A stretch of 63,371 bases of DNA, filler included, from Octopus bimaculoides (lineage: Eukaryota), in NCBI RefSeq assembly GCF_001194135.2. It is 4 parts of 4 records of this genome, joined end to end, with 100 filler letters (N's around TTAATTAATTAA, not from the genome) between each part and the next. Parts side by side here need not be neighbours in the genome. Positions count along the whole stretch, not along the records: positions 15,153 to 43,883 come from NC_069003.1; 3 more parts are not named here. One strand, 5' to 3'. Both the position numbers and the translations under genes were made by a program. This document shows, one piece after another, positions 22,767 to 36,597 of the stretch (the first letter of the stretch is position 1; the number at the start of each line of letters is the position of its first letter). The notes beneath the pieces were generated by a model that was given only the letters and a program-made list of their open reading frames with translations, did not search any database and was not told the origin of the DNA.

Positions 22767-25700
22767 CTTCATTTGTTTTTGCTGATCATAATGTCATGGC
22801 TGTCGATGATTTGTTGGAATATGTCGAGTAGACGCCGGATATCGTCTGCGTCATCTACAACAGTTGTCGTCTGCTTTTATTTTTTTTAATTATCAGTCAA
22901 CGTTAACTCGAAATAACATATTGTTTGACAGATATTCTTATTAAGCACACAATAATGCTATCCCTTTATATAATGTTCAAATATCAATGTATTTTGTATC
23001 ATGTTTTTTAGTACTTCTAAAACTGATCTTATAACCTTCTTGTCTTTTTGTTTATTAAATAATTACATCTATGAACTTATGTATCTTGTCTGCATTTTGG
23101 TTACATTTATATCTGTTCTAAGAATATAACTTATCGACCAATTACTCTTTAATAATATTTCCACCCAAGAATACTTTTCCAATTATAGCGAAGAGGAGGC
23201 ACTGCAAGACTGATCTTGCAGACAAAAAATCTCTTAATGTGGAGCAGAATATCTCCCGTATTGCTTCTCAAAATCTGATCTTCAGAAGCTTTAGAACTGT
23301 TATAGTCGTGTAGTAAATAATGGTAAATTTAGTATCCCTCTCTTCTTCACTGGTTACTAAGTACTGACTTTTTTAAAGATAAAATGAAATTGTTTTCTCG
23401 GTTGCTTTACAATTATTCTATCCTTGTTGATGTGATAATTCTTTATCTAACTTCAGTAAAATTTTCAAACTCGTGGCGAATGTAATTTCTCCGCCCGACA
23501 CTTATATGGCTTACGATAATATTCTTGCTAATGTGTTGCAAAAAAATGCTCTCCTGAACTTTCTAATCTTGTATCTTAGACGCTTCGAATGCTTAACCGA
23601 GTCTTCTTTTCCAGCCTGATTTTCTTGTTTCAAAAACTTTTGCGAACGTTCTCATTCTCATAACTACCATCACTGAGCGTTTCTTTTACATTTAACTTGT
23701 CTAAAAGAACTTGGAATGTTTATATTAGATGTGTTGCTGAATCAGCCACAATGCAGCGTGTCCGGAAAATTCACCAGAAACATTTTTGCAGTGGGAACTT
23801 TCGCCATAAAGAGGGTACATAAGCAGACTGTAAACTAGAAGACTCATTTGAAAGAAATTATCTTCCTCTAATTGGTACGTTAGTTGATGAAATTGTCATT
23901 TCAAGAAAACAGCTGGGGTTTTTTTGTTTTTTTTTTCAATTTTTTTTTTTTACGGTAAATTTTCCTGAGGCAAAAATGTTTACGGCAAAACTTCCAACAA
24001 CCGCGATGAAGGTTGCTCTTTTATATCCTTCTTCTCTTCTTCGTCGAATTCAAAACTGGGGTTCTTATTCTATCGAATCTGGTTTTGTCAGCTGAACCTC
24101 AACAACACGCCTTTTGTCAGAAGTGGTTTTTTTTTTTTTTCATCTTACTTCAAGACATAATTCCATATCCATTGCCCTACCGAAATTTTCATCCCCTAAG
24201 CCTATTAATCGAATGACACTCCTTTTTATTAATTTCCCTTCGTCGTTGTTCTTGCCCCTACGCCGTAAGTTTCATTTCTCCAACATCTGCCAGATGAAAC
24301 TCTCTTCTTCTTCTTTCCCTAACATGATAAAACATTGATTCCTATAAAACTGGTTCTGGTCGTTTTATGGCTTTTACAGGATTAAAGTGTTTGTGTTTTT
24401 TCTTTTCCTTCGTTCTGTAACTCCCTCAAAACTAGGTTATTATTTGAGGCCTGTTTTATTATTGCCTTCTTGCCACATTATTGGAAATAACTTCCAATAA
24501 AAAAAATGTCTCTGCAAGAAATTCTTTAGCAATATCTCCCCCTAGCTATATTATATTTTGATAATATCTTTACGCAGTTATTCTTTAATATATCTTCTTG
24601 GATATTTTTAATAATTCTTTAACGCTGATGTGCGTAATTATATCACTACTCAGAATTCCTTCAATAATATCATTACCCAAATATAATGCTCCTACCTAGA
24701 TTTATTTTGATAATATCTCTTTAACCAGGTGTTTCTTTTTTTTAATAATTCCCCTAATATTTCTGTCTATCACTTGTATTTTCACTCATCGTTAGCACCA
24801 TTTTAGCTCCTGTTTGCAATTCATATCAACTCTGTGAATATCTAGAGTTTCTTCATTTACAAAATAAACATCTGACTGTCGTTGTCAAGTTTCTGTGATG
24901 TTATCAAAATTGATATCGTATTTTTAAGATGGCGACGATAGTTCAGTAGTAGCAGTAGTAGTTGTGGTTGTTGTGGTCGCCATCGTTGTTGTTGTTGTCG
25001 TCATCATCGTTGTTGTCCTTAAACTGATGTCACTCCTTATTAAGAACACCTTTGATCAAAAATATCTACCCGTCTTTTATTCAAACTTAGTCTATCTAAT
25101 AATTCCTTAAATTTTAAAACATTATGGTATGATTTTAGATCTGTTTTTCTGCTCTCTATAGCAGGTCATGTGACTTAATCGAGGCCCCTTATTGGTTCGA
25201 TGATTTTTCGGTAAAACCATTGATTGCCATCAAACGTGCATATATTTTCATTGACCTCTTATCTTTATTTCTGATTTTGGAAATTGAGCCCTATATTAAT
25301 AAAACCATATTAAACGCAATAGGCTGGATCTCACCAAGTCTGTACTTTCACATATTTCTAATTCTCCAAGACCGTCACAACATCAACCGCATTGATATTC
25401 TCCATCTTGTTCATTCATCTAACAAAATAGGAATGATGAGATCCACGAACACGTGTATATTTTTCTAACTCTCTGCTTTCTTCGGTGATGTTCTGTTTGG
25501 TACCCTTTATCATTGCTAACTACGCTAGGAACATTGAATTTTTTTGTGTGTGTGTCAAGTGAAGGTCATTATACAAATAAAAATTAAATAAACACACGCA
25601 CTGGTTCAATTAGTACATTAAAAAAATCGTTGAATAGTTACTAGGTAAAATAAAGAAGTGGTATTGAACCAGTGCATGTATTTAATTTCTGCTGGCACAA

Positions 25701-26125
25701 CGACCCATTCCAAGACACAAGATTTGTTTCAACAAATGAATTCGCATCAAAAATCTTGCAAACCAAATGCAAAAACGAAACTAAATTCTATGTTATTGAT
25801 AAGTTGTAGAATTTCAACCAAACAATGATACCCGATATGGATTTCTTTACTAACGTTGGCTACTGATCTGCACCTTATTATCTTCGTTGTTTTAAGTGCT
25901 CGGCTGTATTTCATGAGCCCAACCCCTCATATCACATTTTACGGTTTCCTTACATTATGTGTTCAAAACCTTTGTACCTATCAGGTGTAGAATATATGAA
26001 ATTTCTCTGAAAGATGTCGACCTTTTTCTAAATACTGTTACTGTATGTACTATTCCCATGTAGTACGGGTGGATTTTCCTTTATTTCTTGATATCCAAAA
26101 CTATTTCAAAGTATACTGGCGTTCT

Positions 26126-26188
26126 TCAAGCTTTGGCGAGGAAACGAGCTATTGCTGTAGCGCGCAAGCGGCTTTGAAGGGTGTTTTG
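26126..26188 (-). CDS. Candidate terminal exon (QNTLQSRLRATAIARFLAKA*), unidentified
   Basis: Acceptor TATAATTCTCACAG|, GC-rich; phase compatible with the candidate exon 26672-26712. Confidence 0.25.
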   Translation of the reverse strand, partial: QNTLQSRLRATAIARFLAKA

Positions 26189-26256
26189 CTGTGAGAATTA
26201 TACAGCTTCTTGCCATGATATTGGTGAATAGATTATCAGGAACGCACACCATACAC

Positions 26257-26298
<42 letters not shown>

Positions 26299-26671
26299 CA
26301 CGCACGCACACACAGACGCTTTTATAAAGTTTTTCTCAATTCTTGTGTACCTAACGTTAAGACAGCTTCAATGGCGGTGTGTCGTTTGTATTTTTGGAAT
26401 TTTATATATATATATATATATATAATGTGTGTATATACATGTGTATGTGTATATACACACCCATACACACCCGCACACAAACATACATGTATGTATGTAT
26501 GTATGCTTGCCTGCATGTATATAATGCTTTTCCGAAGCATTTTTCTCCTCTTAGAAGCAAAGTTCTAAACATTAGTAATTCCATAGCAACTCTTTTCGTT
26601 TTTCTTGTTTGCAATTCTAATACAATGACACTTAACATGAATTTTTGTTTTTTCGTGCAGCTGTTGCTTAC

Positions 26672-26712
26672 CTTTATGTTAGTTTCGTTGAACACCTGAT
26701 ACTTGTAGTCAT
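26672..26712 (-). CDS. Candidate 41-nt micro-exon (xDYKYQVFNETNIK), unidentified
   Basis: Acceptor ..ATATTTCCCAG| and consensus donor AAG|GTAAGC; open frame. Confidence 0.35.
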
Positions 26713-27230
26713 CTGGGAAATATTTTACGATCAGAAACAGAAAATATTTTGAAGCCCTTGTTTCTTTTTTATATATGAATGCATGCATGCATGTCTGTAT
26801 GTATGTATGTATGTATGTATGTATGTGTGTGTGAATGTATGTATGTGTATGTATGCGTGCGTGTAGGCATGTATGTGTGTATGTGTTCGTGAGTATGTGA
26901 TGCTCTGTGTACGTTTTCCGTGTTTCATGAATCCAAAACGATATACATACATACATATATACAAATATGTATACAAATACTTGCATACACATTAACATAA
27001 TATGCACATGCATCCACACCCACACACATACACATATATATGTATGTACGTATGTATGTATAATAAAAGAATATGGATGGAAACAATTGTTCAATTACAT
27101 TACTTACGGTTCCATAGAGTGGATATTTATTTTGCTTATTAATATTTCACATTATAAAACAATATAACCAGACCATTTCGTCAGACATCACCAAGAATAT
27201 ACGTTTACATTTTCCATTCCGTTTTTTCAG

Positions 27231-27335
27231 CAAGGAATGAACATACTTCACTGTGCGGCCCAGAACAACCATCTTAACATCCTTACCTTCATCGCCGATT
27301 CATTGGAAAACTTTGATGTTAATCAAACGGAGCGG
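27231..27335 (+). CDS. ANKDD1A: Internal exon encoding one ankyrin repeat, ANKDD1-like (ankyrin repeat and death domain protein 1)
   Basis: Acceptor CATTTTCCATTCCGTTTTTTCAG|, donor |GTGAGT, 105 nt, phase 0-0: QGMNILHCAAQNNHLNILTFIADSLENFDVNQTER. Aligns ungapped (13/35) with my recalled human ANKDD1A segment [35 protein letters not shown]. The ankyrin call is firmer than the gene name. Confidence 0.72.
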
Positions 27336-27564
27336 GTGAGTAAATAAACGCACTGCCAATCCTACTTCTTTTCTTCTCGTTGTTGTCACTGTATGTTTTA
27401 CGTGCTGACCCGGGGATAAGGGTCAGCTCTATATCACCGACAGAACAGTCACTCCTCTCGCAATACAGTCGTTAAAATTGCTAAAAATAACAACCAAATC
27501 TCCATAAAATGACATGTTATTATCATAAGATATGACACATTGTATAGTATAGTCCTAGATATAC

Positions 27565-27726
27565 TAGATGCAAGCGTGGTTCAGTTGTAAGAAGCTTGCT
27601 TCCCAACCACATTATTCCGGGTTTAGTTCCACAGCGCAGCACTCTGGGCAAGTGTCTTCTGTTATAACTTTGGATAGACCAAGGCCTTGCGAATGGATTT
27701 TGTGGACGGAAACTGAAAGAAGCCTG

Positions 27727-27730
<4 letters not shown>
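27565..27730 (+). mobile_element. SINE family A, 5' half
   Basis: Head GCGTGGTTCAGTTGTAAG..CCGGGTTTAGTTCC..CTGGGCAAGTGTCTTC..GGAAACTGAAAGAAG. Confidence 0.85.
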
Positions 27731-27775
<45 letters not shown>

Positions 27776-27921
27776 NNNNNNNNNNNNNNNNNNNNNNNNN
27801 NNNNNNNNNNNNNNNNNNNNNNNNNNNNNNNNNNNNNNNNNNNNNNNNNNNNNNNNNNNNNNNNNNNNNNNNNNNNNNNNNNNNNNNNNNNNNNNNNNNN
27901 NNNNNNNNNNNNNNNNNNNNN

Positions 27922-27965
<44 letters not shown>

Positions 27966-27977
27966 GTACAGACAGGC

Positions 27978-28016
<39 letters not shown>

Positions 28017-28609
28017 TAGACAGACAGATAAGATAGACACAAAAATGTCGAACAATCTTCAATCTTCCATATTTTTGCTCTCCTATTCCCGGACGTTTTT
28101 TCTTTCATTTTGTTCCGCCACATTTGTCAATTCGCCAATAACAACATCAACAACAACAACAACACAACATGGATATAGTAACGCAATATATGTGTGTGTA
28201 TGTGTGTGGTTTGTGTGCGTGTGTGTGTCTATATACCTCTATTTCCATGTTCTCATTCTGATAATATTAAATGACAATGTTAGTATGTCAATGTAGTTTG
28301 CTATAAAACACGCCCATCTTTCTCCAAGTCTCCAAGGGCAGCCGCAGTATTGTTGTTTCCTACACTCAGCTCCAACTGACGCCATCATCATAATTCCCTC
28401 ATCTATCCAGTGTGCAGTGTCTGTTAGGCTAAATATTTTATAGTTCAGAGGTGGAAGCGGAGGGACGGCGGGGGGGGGNNNNNNNNNNGCAATGCAATTA
28501 CCCACCCACAAATGTTGTTTAATTTGCACTCGTAAATGAAGGTAAATTAATTATTGTTGACGTCATCAGAATTTCCTGAACTTTTAAAGAGAATCTTCTG
28601 TCTTTTATA

Positions 28610-29012
28610 TTTTACTTGTTTCAGTCATGTCACTGAGGCCATGCTGGGGCACCGCCTTGAAGGATTGTTATTCGTATAAACTGACCGTAGGACTTTTCAA
28701 AGCCTGCTATTTATTATATAGGGTATTTTTGCCGAACTGCTAGGTTACAGGGACGCAAGCACGCCAACACTGGTTGTCAAGGGGTGGTGAGGGGCAAACA
28801 CAGACTCAAAGACACACACACATACACACACATAGATATATACATACATATATATACGACGGGCTTCTTTCAGTTTCCGTCCACCAAATCCACTCACAAG
28901 GCTTTGGTCGGCCCGAGGTTTATAGTAGAAGACACTTGCCTAATGTGTCACGAAGTGGGACTGAACCCGAAACCATGTTGTTGGGAATCAAGCTTCTTAC
29001 CACAGCCACACC
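28610..29012 (-). mobile_element. SINE family A, near full length
   Basis: Collinear with 44742-45170. Confidence 0.88.
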
Positions 29013-29069
29013 TAATCATTTTTTTGGAGGGGGGATGAACTTTGGATCTCGAAGTGAATGAAGCTATAA

Positions 29070-29250
29070 ATAACAGTTTTCAAATTTTGGCATAAAGCCA
29101 GCAACATCGACCACAGTGTTAGACTGACATTTATTTTATCGACCCCGAAAGGCAAAGTCGACATCGGCGAAACTTGAACTCAGAACTTAATGACGGATGA
29201 AATGCCTCTAAGCATTTTGTCCGGCGTGCTAACGATTCTGCCATCTTATT
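29070..29250 (-). mobile_element. SINE family B
   Basis: GAAAGGCAAAGTCGAC..TGAACTCAGAAC..GCGTGCTAACGATTCTGCCA. Confidence 0.85.
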
Positions 29251-30711
29251 GAAGCTTTAAATAATAACTAAATATTGGATTGAAAAAACCCTTTCAAATA
29301 CAAAAAATGGAAGACTGCCTTCGATTTTTTTCTATCGACAGGGGTTTTTTTCAACTCAATATTTACATGGTGTCATTTATAGCGCTTCGAGATCCGCTGA
29401 TCCGAGCAAAAGTAACGCATTTCAATGACAATTTGTGTCAAGAAAGACAAAAGGGACCACTCCAAACGACTCCTAGTTGAAAGGTGAGGGAGAATGGGGT
29501 GTCTGATTTTTGGTAGAAACGGTCAAAGGTCTGGAGAGGAATCGATCTCGGTAGATTTCCTCAGTGAATCATTTCATACTCGTACTTTTTAAAACTTATA
29601 ATGATTGTGAGAGACCATACGGAAATCATACTTTATCAATATTTTATTGATAAAGTTACGAGCTAATCTGTCATACACACACACACATATATATAGTATA
29701 TAGTATATAGTATATAGTATATAGTATATAGTATATAGTATATAGATATATATATTCTATGGATATATTATTCATAAGTAGCTTCAATTGGACATAATAT
29801 GAATAGTATAGTCCATTTTTATCGCTAAATGCCACTCCCAGGATCTGTTTTAAAACCATTTTTTTGCGTCAGAATATTTTTGATATTAACAAGTCATGAC
29901 GTCCTCCTAGAGAACGGTAATTATAAAAGCTTATGTTGCTTCTGTTGCATTGGAATTCTTCAGTTATCAATAGTATTGCTCTTTCTTTCAATCAAGTTTA
30001 ACTGTTCATCGAGTAGTTATATTTTCTATTTCATGTTGATTGTGTTTTCCATTTTATATTTGATCTCTCTTCGTCAGGCTTTGATATCCGTATTAATGTT
30101 ATATTTGTAGTTATTGATATTCGTTCATTTCTAGTCATTTTTTTGTTTTGTTCTTTTTTTTCTTTTTTTTCTCTCTTCTGACGTGAGAGCTTTTCATGTG
30201 ACTGTTCCTTCTAAATCACTTATTATCCTATAATTCTGTTTCGTTTATACGTTTGTCTCATGAAAATATTTATTTCAATCTTTATTGAAGATACAGAATA
30301 GATATTTTAGCATCGCCGTGTTATATAGCAGAACTGTTTTAAACGTAGTTTTGTAAAGTATATTGTATAGGTAAATATCCATCACACCTCTAGACATCTT
30401 CTAGAATGTCACCAGCCGTGGCGACCATCCGCTTCTATTTTGCTTATTTATGGGGGTTAAATGAATTCTTACTTTCAAATGGTACTTTGCATCTTTGTTA
30501 AAGAATTTTTCTTCGATACAACGTCTTTAAAATTCCAATCTATTTTTATTTCCTTTCTGGACTCATGTTCTTTCCCGGTTTAAAATTAATCTTCCTCTCT
30601 AAATTAATAAACACCCTTAATGATTACTGATTATCCGCTTCGAGATTCACCGTTCCTAAAAATTATTATTTCACCTTCTCGAAGTTTCTTATTTCATTAG
30701 ATACGCGTGTG

Positions 30712-30816
<105 letters not shown>

Positions 30817-31355
30817 ACGTGTACGAAAAACAAATCTTCACCGTAAATGCCATCATTAAGTAATCCAGTTTGTCTTTCCATTACGAACTTCAATTATCCA
30901 ACACCAATTCCTCTCCATCGTTTTCTCTATCAGAAGTGTTCCTGCCATCCATCTCAGATTATCTTTTCTTCTTCTATGGCTGTTAGTGTAACGCTGCTAT
31001 CTTATTCGGTGTTATTTATCAAAGTTCTTTACAATTCCCAATAGTCGAGTTAGATGGCGACTTCTTTAGATTAATTTCTTTATATTTAATATAATAATCT
31101 CTAACACAATACATTTCCTTTCTACTGTGACAACATTGGTTTCCTGTAAACTTTACCTGATTTCAATCAGACGATTCTATTCAACATTTGATAATGGCTT
31201 TCATTTAAATAACATCACCTGTTTATATATCCTTTACTAGTCTTAGTTATTAAGATGCGGCCACGCTGGGGCACCGCCTCCGACGGTTTTTGCGTGTGTG
31301 TATATATATGTGTAAATATATATAAAAATATATATATATATATTTGACAATTTAG

Positions 31356-31433
31356 GCGTGGAAGGTGTTTATAAGCCATTTAAAAAGACATAAAAACCGT
31401 TAGATTTAAATGACTTATAAACACCTTCCACGC
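31356..31433. repeat. 29-bp inverted repeat (1 mismatch) with 20-nt loop
   Basis: 31356-31384 versus 31405-31433. Confidence 0.92.
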
Positions 31434-32115
31434 TGCAATAATTTTTGTTTCAGCACACGATCTCAGATCAAGTCATTTGCTATGCAAGTACATCTCCGCA
31501 ATATATATATATATATATATATANNNNNNNNNNNNNNNNNNNNNNNNNNNNNNNNNNNNNNNNNNNNNNNNNNNNNNNNNNNNNNNNNNNNNNNNNNNNN
31601 NNNNNNNNNNNNNNNNNNNNNNNNNNNNNNNNNNNNNNNNNNNNNNNNNNNNNNNNNNNNNNNNNNNNNNNNNNNNNNNNNNNNNNNNNNNNNNNNNNNN
31701 NNNNNNNNNNNNNNNNNNNNNNNNNNNNNNNNNNNNNNNNNNNNNNNNNNNNNNNNNNNNNNNNNNNNNNNNNNNNNNNNNNNNNNNNNNNNNNNNNNNN
31801 NNNNNNNNNNNNNNNNNNNNNNNNNNNNNNNNNNNNNNNNNNNNNNNNNNNNNNNNNNNNNNNNNNNNNNNNNNNNNNNNNNNNNNNNNNNNNNNNNNNN
31901 NNNNNNNNNNNNNNNNNNNNNNNNNNNNNNNNNNNNNNNNNNNNNNNNNNNNNNNNNNNNNNNNNNNNNNNNNNNNNNNNNNNNNNNNNNNNNNNNNNNN
32001 NNNNNNNNNNNNNNNNNNNNNNNNNNNNNNNNNNNNNNNNNNNNNNNNNNNNNNNNNNNNNNNNNNNNNNNNNNNNNNNNNNNNNNNNNNNNNNNNNNAT
32101 ATAAGTGTGTGTGTT

Positions 32116-32154
<39 letters not shown>

Positions 32155-33184
32155 CGGAAAGGTGTATAAACAATTCTGCTTGAATAGAATTTCTGTTACA
32201 TCTCTGATACCCAAGATTTCCTGCTGACAAAAAACAAAAAAAACAAAAACAAAACAAAACGAACATTTTTCCAACCAGAATTCAAAAGAAGAAAAAAAAG
32301 AGTACAAACGACACTGCACCTCCATTAACGCTGACCGAACGCGTTACGTACCGAAGAATTGAGAAGAAAAAAATCTATTTAAACTCTATGTGTGTATATG
32401 TGGCTGTTTTGTTTGGAAATTCTGTCTGGAACTGTCGCAATCTGGCTGTTTCTCTTTCATGTTTTAGTTTGTTTGTTTTTTTTGTTTTTTAGGTGTTTGT
32501 TGTTATTTTTTTCTTTTACTTCAAACAAATGACCACTATTGATTATTTCATTTACTCACGTCAGGTGATTCCTCTTCGCTTTATTTCCTTTTTTTTTTTC
32601 TTCTTCTTCGGCACACAACTATAATCGGTAGAGCGCACTCAAAATACCTTATGATGTTTAAGTTATTTTCCTTGACGTTCTTACTTCAAACACTGACCGC
32701 ACTAAATTCCCTCTTTCATCCCTCTGGGATCGATATAACAGTACCCGTCAACAAACGGCTTTAGAATTAATCGATTAAGTCCTTCTTCTAAAATCGCTGG
32801 CTTTGTACGATTGACAACAGTCATTATGCATAATTATTCAATATCATTTAAACCCACAATCATTATATATTTTTTATATCCAATGATGTATAGGTTCCGT
32901 ATCATTTATATCATTAATCATTTGTATTCATTTATTTTCTTTCATCCGTCATTACTTTGATATTTATGTTGCATTTCTTCACTAATGCTACTACTACCAC
33001 TACTACTACCACTACTACTACTACTACTACTACCACTACTACTACCACCTCCACTACTGCTGGTGCTGCTGCTGCTGCTTTGCTGCTACAACAACAACAA
33101 CTACTACTACTACTACTCTTTTCTGCTCTAGTAGGCACAAGGTGCGACATTTTGGGGAAGGAGCCACTCGATTATTATTATTAT

Positions 33185-33575
33185 TGCGCTGAGCTATAAG
33201 AATCATTAGCTGGGCAAAATGCTTTGCAACGCTTCATCCGGGTCTTTACGCTTTGGGCTTAAATTCCGTCGGGGTCAGTTTTGCCTTTCGTCCTTTCGGT
33301 GTCAATAAAACATTTCACCCGGTGTGTTAACAACTCTGCCAGCTCGCCACCTTAATAATAATAATTCCAAATTTTAGCACAAGGCAGTAATTTCGTGGAG
33401 AGGGGATAAATCCATTACATCGAACCCAGTCTTCAAATGGTACTTATTTTCTCGACCAAGAAATGATAAAATGCAAAGTCAACCTCGGAAGAATTTGAAC
33501 TCAGAACGGACGTAATACCGCTAAGTATTCTGCCCAGCGTGCTAACGATTCTGCCAGCTCGCCGCTATCTTAATA
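33185..33575. mobile_element. SINE family B cluster: degenerate + copy, inverted head fragment, full minus copy
   Basis: + copy 33190-33310, minus-strand head 33311-33352, minus copy 33365-33570. Confidence 0.8.
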
Positions 33576-33853
33576 CTAATACTAATAATAATAACAATTC
33601 GTTACATCAAAGTGAGAAACGAGAATTAGACCAAGGCCAGACATATTTTAGATATTAATGAAGCAGACAGTGTACAATATTTATAAATAGAAGACAAGGT
33701 TTGGAAGAAATCTTATAGACACAGAATATCAATGCGTAAAACGATGATAATTACGAAGCGAAAGTAACATAAGGTAAGAGACATCAATATTGATGCTGTA
33801 ACTATATTAAGTCATGGTTATATTGTAATTGATGCTGAATAAAGTAGGAACAG

Positions 33854-33904
<51 letters not shown>

Positions 33905-35630
33905 AAACAAGACAAGTTAATTGCTGCAGTTATTATACACTGCCTACAATCCAACACAGATAAATTATATTTCTGATGAATACAGAGATGAAAGGGCTTT
34001 GCACACCTGGGAGATATTTACAGAATCTCTGGTGTAGTTATCTAGTAAGGAATTAACGGAGAAATAATACAAATTATACAATTTAGAAAATGAGAACATC
34101 ATTTTGTTTTCATTGAAGCTAAACAAGTGTCGTTTGATGACTGTTGATACAAACATATGTAGAAACAACCAGTAGTTTAAAAAAAAGGGGGGAACTACGA
34201 CGGTAAGAGGAAGCGCTAAATTTTTGATCGATGCTCAGAAAATTCTTTACATAAACAATATCAGACTGAGCTAAACAACGGTTGTGGACAAAGGGACATC
34301 GCTCATTACCTGTGTGATTCTTGTTTGCACTTCGACATTGAGAGCTTAATAAATGCTGTCGAAGGCATACGATGTAACATGGTTGTTTGGTTCGATTCTA
34401 CCTGATGCCACTGATTCGCCAAATTGAGTCGATATCTTATTTATTGGCACCGAAAAAAATAGAACTGACATCGGCAGCATTTGAACACGTGGCATGTTGA
34501 TCGGAACATATACCGAAATACAATCGACCGGACGCTCTGCTGATTTTGCCAATTCGCTGTTTCATGGTCAATACTAATAACAAACGTGTTTAACACGGTT
34601 GATAATATTATTGGTGGATAATTGCAGACAGGGAAATCTCTGAGAATCATTCCAAGATTAGCAGTTGTCTGTTCACACCAAATATATATTTGTTCAGTTC
34701 TTATGTATGTATGTATGCACCCACGTATGTACCAATGCGTGTATTTATATTTGTATGTATATATATATATATATATATATATACATACGTACGTATGTAT
34801 ATATATATACGTACGTATGTATATATATACGTACGTATGTATATATATATATATATACGTACGTATGTATATATATATATATATATATACGTACGTATGT
34901 ATATATGTATGTTTGTGTATGTATATATATGTGTGTATGTGTATTTATATATGTATACATGTATGTATATACGTATGCACGTATGTATGTTTGTATGTAG
35001 GTAGGTATGCTTGTATGCATACATGTAAGAATGTATGTATACAAGTATGTATATACATGCGTGTACGAGTGCGTGTGTTTATGTAGGTATGCATGTATAT
35101 ATGTGTGCATATATTTACGCATATGTATGTGTGTTTACACTTGTATGTATTCGTGTGTTAAACATGAAACCTTACATGTATCTGTATAGAAAATTCTTGT
35201 TGTTTTGTAATTAATATCTTTCAATTAGCAGCAAGATTTTATCATGCTCTTAGGAATAAGAGAAAAAAAAAACAATTTTTAATAAAAAATGACAAAAATA
35301 CATACAATTCTAAAAACAAAATACGAAGGAAAAAATTATTACTTAAGTGTAAAATTAAAACTACAACATTAATGTAACACAAATAAAGCGCGTGATAAAT
35401 GTCTTTGGAAGAATCACGTGAGACTGGAAGTGTTTTCGAAGAATATATATATATTTGCTGAAAGAAACTAAGAGACTGTTATCAAAATAATCGATGAAAG
35501 GAAATATGGAATGCGGTTGGTGCCTGGAGGGAGCTAGAGATCAAATAAGATAAACAACAAACTAATAATAATAATAATAACGATGGTGATGATGACGATG
35601 ATGACGATGATAATAATAATAATAATAATG

Positions 35631-35689
<59 letters not shown>

Positions 35690-35690
<1 letters not shown>

Positions 35691-36262
35691 GTAAGTGCAG
35701 TATCTGTGGACAAAATGATGAAACCGTATAGCATATTACCAGTCAATGTACGCCACTTGTCCAGAAAGAATATAAGAGACGTCATGACAACATAGTAAGG
35801 ATTGTCCAATGGACACTTTGCAGCAAGTATGGACTTGACAAAGCAAAAAAGCGGTACGAACATAGACCGGAAGGCATCATTGAAACTGATAATGCAAAGA
35901 TTCTATGAGATTTTATGATTCAGTGCGACCATGAGATAGAGAATAGGAAACCAGACATAATGTTAATTGAGAAAGAAAGCAAACTATGCTGGATCATAGA
36001 TATAGCATGCCCAACAGATAACAAGGTATGCGATAAGGAAGAAAGAAAAGTCGAGAGATATGACAGGTTAGCTTGGGGAGTTAAGCAGTTGTGGTCGATG
36101 AAAAAGGTAGCAGTAGTACCAATGATTGTCGGAGCCCTGGGAACAGTGAGCAAAAATCTCGAGAAGTACGTGGAACAAATAGGGGCTGCAATAAGGGTGG
36201 AGCACTTGCAGAAAACAGCACGGCTTGGAACCGCTCGAATACTCCGGAAGGTCCTCGGAAAA
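35690..36262 (+). mobile_element. R4/Dong-like RLE LINE 3' fragment (CCHC knuckle plus restriction-like endonuclease)
   Basis: One frame with two stops: SKCSICGQNDETV*HITSQC..KEYKRRHD..KIL*DFMIQCDHEIENRKPDIMLIEKESKLCWIIDIACP..VVPMIVGALG..LQKTARLGTARILRKVLG; (TAA)n upstream and, past a SINE fragment, downstream. Confidence 0.93.
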
Positions 36263-36267
36263 TTTTA

Positions 36268-36345
36268 TCTCAGAATGTATAGACGGACGAAATGCCGCTA
36301 AGTATTTTATCTGGTTTGCTAACGATTCTGCCAGCTCGCTGCCTT
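36268..36345 (-). mobile_element. SINE family B head fragment
   Basis: CTCAGAATG..GCTAACGATTCTGCCAGCTCGC. Confidence 0.8.
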
Positions 36346-36376
36346 ACTACTACTACTAATAATAATAATAACAATA

Positions 36377-36465
<89 letters not shown>

Positions 36466-36479
36466 AAGAAGAAGAAGAG

Positions 36480-36512
<33 letters not shown>

Positions 36513-36520
36513 TAATAATG

Positions 36521-36585
<65 letters not shown>

Positions 36586-36597
36586 AAGAAGAAGAAG
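36346..36597 (+). repeat. Compound (AAT)n(AAG)n unit repeated twice
   Basis: Direct reading. Confidence 0.9.

Noticed and set aside
24540-24770. Weak periodic TATTTTGATAATATCT-like motifs
   Set aside because: Too degenerate to distinguish from AT-rich low complexity by eye.
26064-26177. Plus-strand frame YGWIFLYF..ALARKRAIAVARKRL* with dibasic sites
   Set aside because: Preceded by an in-frame stop, no ankyrin similarity, no recognised family; conflicts with the minus-strand candidate.
33966-34010. CTGATGA..GAAA spacing resembling a hammerhead
   Set aside because: No helix I complement and no pairable helix III with a UH site.
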